Shown: positions 62,644-64,000 of the stretch, piece after piece
Numbering within the stretch: position 1 is the stretch's first letter
Layout: the number at the start of each line of letters is the position of its first letter
Assembly (NCBI GenBank): GCA_046706005.1
Contig: JBJKPU010000132.1
Coordinates: 1-64,000, forward strand
Length of the DNA: 64,000 nt
Source of the DNA: Terriglobia bacterium
GTDB lineage: Bacteria; Acidobacteriota; Terriglobia; UBA7540
Reading direction: 5' to 3'
Notes under the pieces: model-generated
Told to the model about the DNA's origin: nothing
The model's input: only the letters and a program-made list of their open reading frames with translations
The model's database searches: none
Made by a program: the position numbers and the translations under genes

Positions 62644-64000
62644 CATGAGAGGGTTCGCACTTTGTTTATTAGCCTGGGTCACTTTTGTTCCGGCGGGATT
62701 GGGAGAAGCACGGCCTGCCGCGCCTGTTTCAGTACAAGTTCACGAACGCGGGGTCCAAATACAACGTCAATTGCTTCCGAACATTGCGGCGTCCAATGCG
62801 TCGGCGCTCGCGATGCTTGTTCCGCAAGCCGGCCAAACTTCCGCACCGCAGGGGCAAAAACCGAATCCCTCAGCCGGCAGTTTTGCAGCCCGAGCGGTCC
62901 TTCACCGCCTGGCCGTGACGATTGGCGTCATCCTCGTGGCCCTCGCGATCCTGGGAGCACTTTTCTGGGTTAAGCGCAAGCTTTCAGCGATTCTGGAGAA
63001 ACACCGCGGCCGGCTGCGGCCCTTGCGCTTTCGCGGCCTTGAATTGGTGTCGGCGCGAACGCTATACCGGAACTTGACCGCCGCACTGCTCCTAGTCTAT
63101 GCGGCAGCCTCACTGGTCGTGACGGTCGTTGCGGTGCTGCTCATCTTCGGCCAGTTTCCGCATACTCAAAAGTATGCGCGGCAGGTGGGCTTGTGGCTCT
63201 GGATTCCGGTCGTCCAGATTGCGCGCGGCATACTGAGCTATTTGCCGCACCTGTTCTATATTCTGGTCATTATCGTGGTGGCCCGGTTTGCCCTGCGGAT
63301 CCTTTCCTTCAACTTCCGCGCGGCGGAACGAGGCGTGATCAGCCTGGAACCGTGGGTCCATCGCGATACCGCCCGGCCGACGGCGATGATTGTCAAAAGC
63401 ATCATCGTCGTCGTGACGATCTTCTTCATCGCTCCGCTCGTTCCCGGAACCGGCAGCACGGCGGCGAGAGGCATTTCCATCATCCTGGGCCTGATGATCT
63501 CCTTCGGGTCCACCTCGACGGTGGGGAACTTCGTGGCGGGCATCGTTCTGATGTACATGCGACCCTTCCAGCTCGGCGACCGTGTGAAGATGGGCGAAAC
63601 CGTGGGCGATGTTGTCGAGCGAACTTTCCTCTATACCAAAGTTTTGACCATCAAGAACGAGGAGGTCATTGTGCCCAGCCTGACGGCTCTCTCGGCGCCC
63701 ATGACAAATTTCACCGCGCGCGCCTCGGAGCAGGGGCTGATTCTCCATTCCGCCGTGACCATCGGTTACGACGCACCGTGGCGCAAGGTCCACGAGTTGC
63801 TGTTACGGGCGGCGGAGAAGACCGAAAACGCCTTGAAAGATCCCAAGCCGTTCGTCCTCCAAACCGCGCTCGACGATTTCTATGTGCGCTACCAGCTCAA
63901 CGTGTACACGTCCAATGCGGCAAAAATGGCGGAGATCTATTCGGCATTGCACCAGAACATCCAGGACGCGTTCAATGAAGAGGGTGTCGAAATCTGCTCC
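62644..64000 (+). CDS. MscS-family mechanosensitive channel; 3' end beyond the window
   Basis: GAGGAGG RBS. TM helices then the MscS pore/beta domain (GSTSTVGNFVAGIVLMYMRPFQLGDRVKMGETVGDVVERTFLYTKVLT). No in-window stop, hence absent from the table. Confidence 0.8.

Noticed and set aside
62406-62660. 84-aa minus ORF in the reductase leader
   Set aside because: Overlaps the MscS start and the structured leader. The short Cys-rich leader peptide in a different frame is the better-supported reading.
63110-63978. ORFs 63110..63793 (-) and 63193..63978 (+)
   Set aside because: Alternative-frame or antisense ORFs inside the MscS gene, which has canonical pore-domain motifs.

Overview
64-kb high-GC (about 62-65% by eye) chromosomal segment. 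The source is probably a Terriglobia/Acidobacteria-like bacterium. This is an inference from three observations: a dispersed 'CGTCATTCCGAGCGAAGCGAGGAATC' repeat, many zinc-ribbon-decorated proteins, and several ECF sigma/anti-sigma pairs. The ORF table omits genes that run off the window edges: an M1 peptidase at the 5' end and an MscS channel at the 3' end. Most of the window is housekeeping or envelope functions: ilvE, leuA/leuB, rnc-lepB-asmA, cspA, a CobA/HemD-hemC-hemA-ccsA-like block next to a sulfite/nitrite-reductase hemoprotein, tRNA-Ala(GGC), transporters, peptidases and two ECF sigma modules. Two things stand out. (1) A leader upstream of the sulfite reductase gene encodes a 28-aa peptide with four consecutive Cys codons (MDRLFHHTGCMCCCCPKAPVCGTMTLNQ). 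Around it lie five alternating complementary GGUGG/CCACC segments, ending in a canonical intrinsic terminator about 20 nt before the start codon. Together this looks like a textbook, apparently undescribed, cysteine-codon transcription attenuator. (2) An accessory segment at about 36.2-40.6 kb carries brnTA, a mazEF-like pair, an orphan brnA copy and a duplicated brnT promoter with a 7-codon brnT remnant. It also holds four copies of a GTAGCGC...GCGCTAC-terminated structured repeat (about 92-94 nt in the three full copies), a 374-aa protein whose C-terminus resembles nucleoside 2-deoxyribosyltransferase/SLOG enzymes with the catalytic Glu kept, and a 1.2-kb AT-rich insertion encoding a NYN-LOTUS RNase-like protein. 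Other notable loci: a tandem pair of zinc-ribbon-fused AIM24 proteins whose second gene's stop codon abuts that of a convergent SPFH-zinc-ribbon gene; an integrase-arm-like protein followed by a standalone ClpA/B-D2-like AAA+ ATPase; and an orphan LytTR regulator with TolC/HlyD but no pump. All calls rest on reading the sequence and motif memory. No database searches were run.
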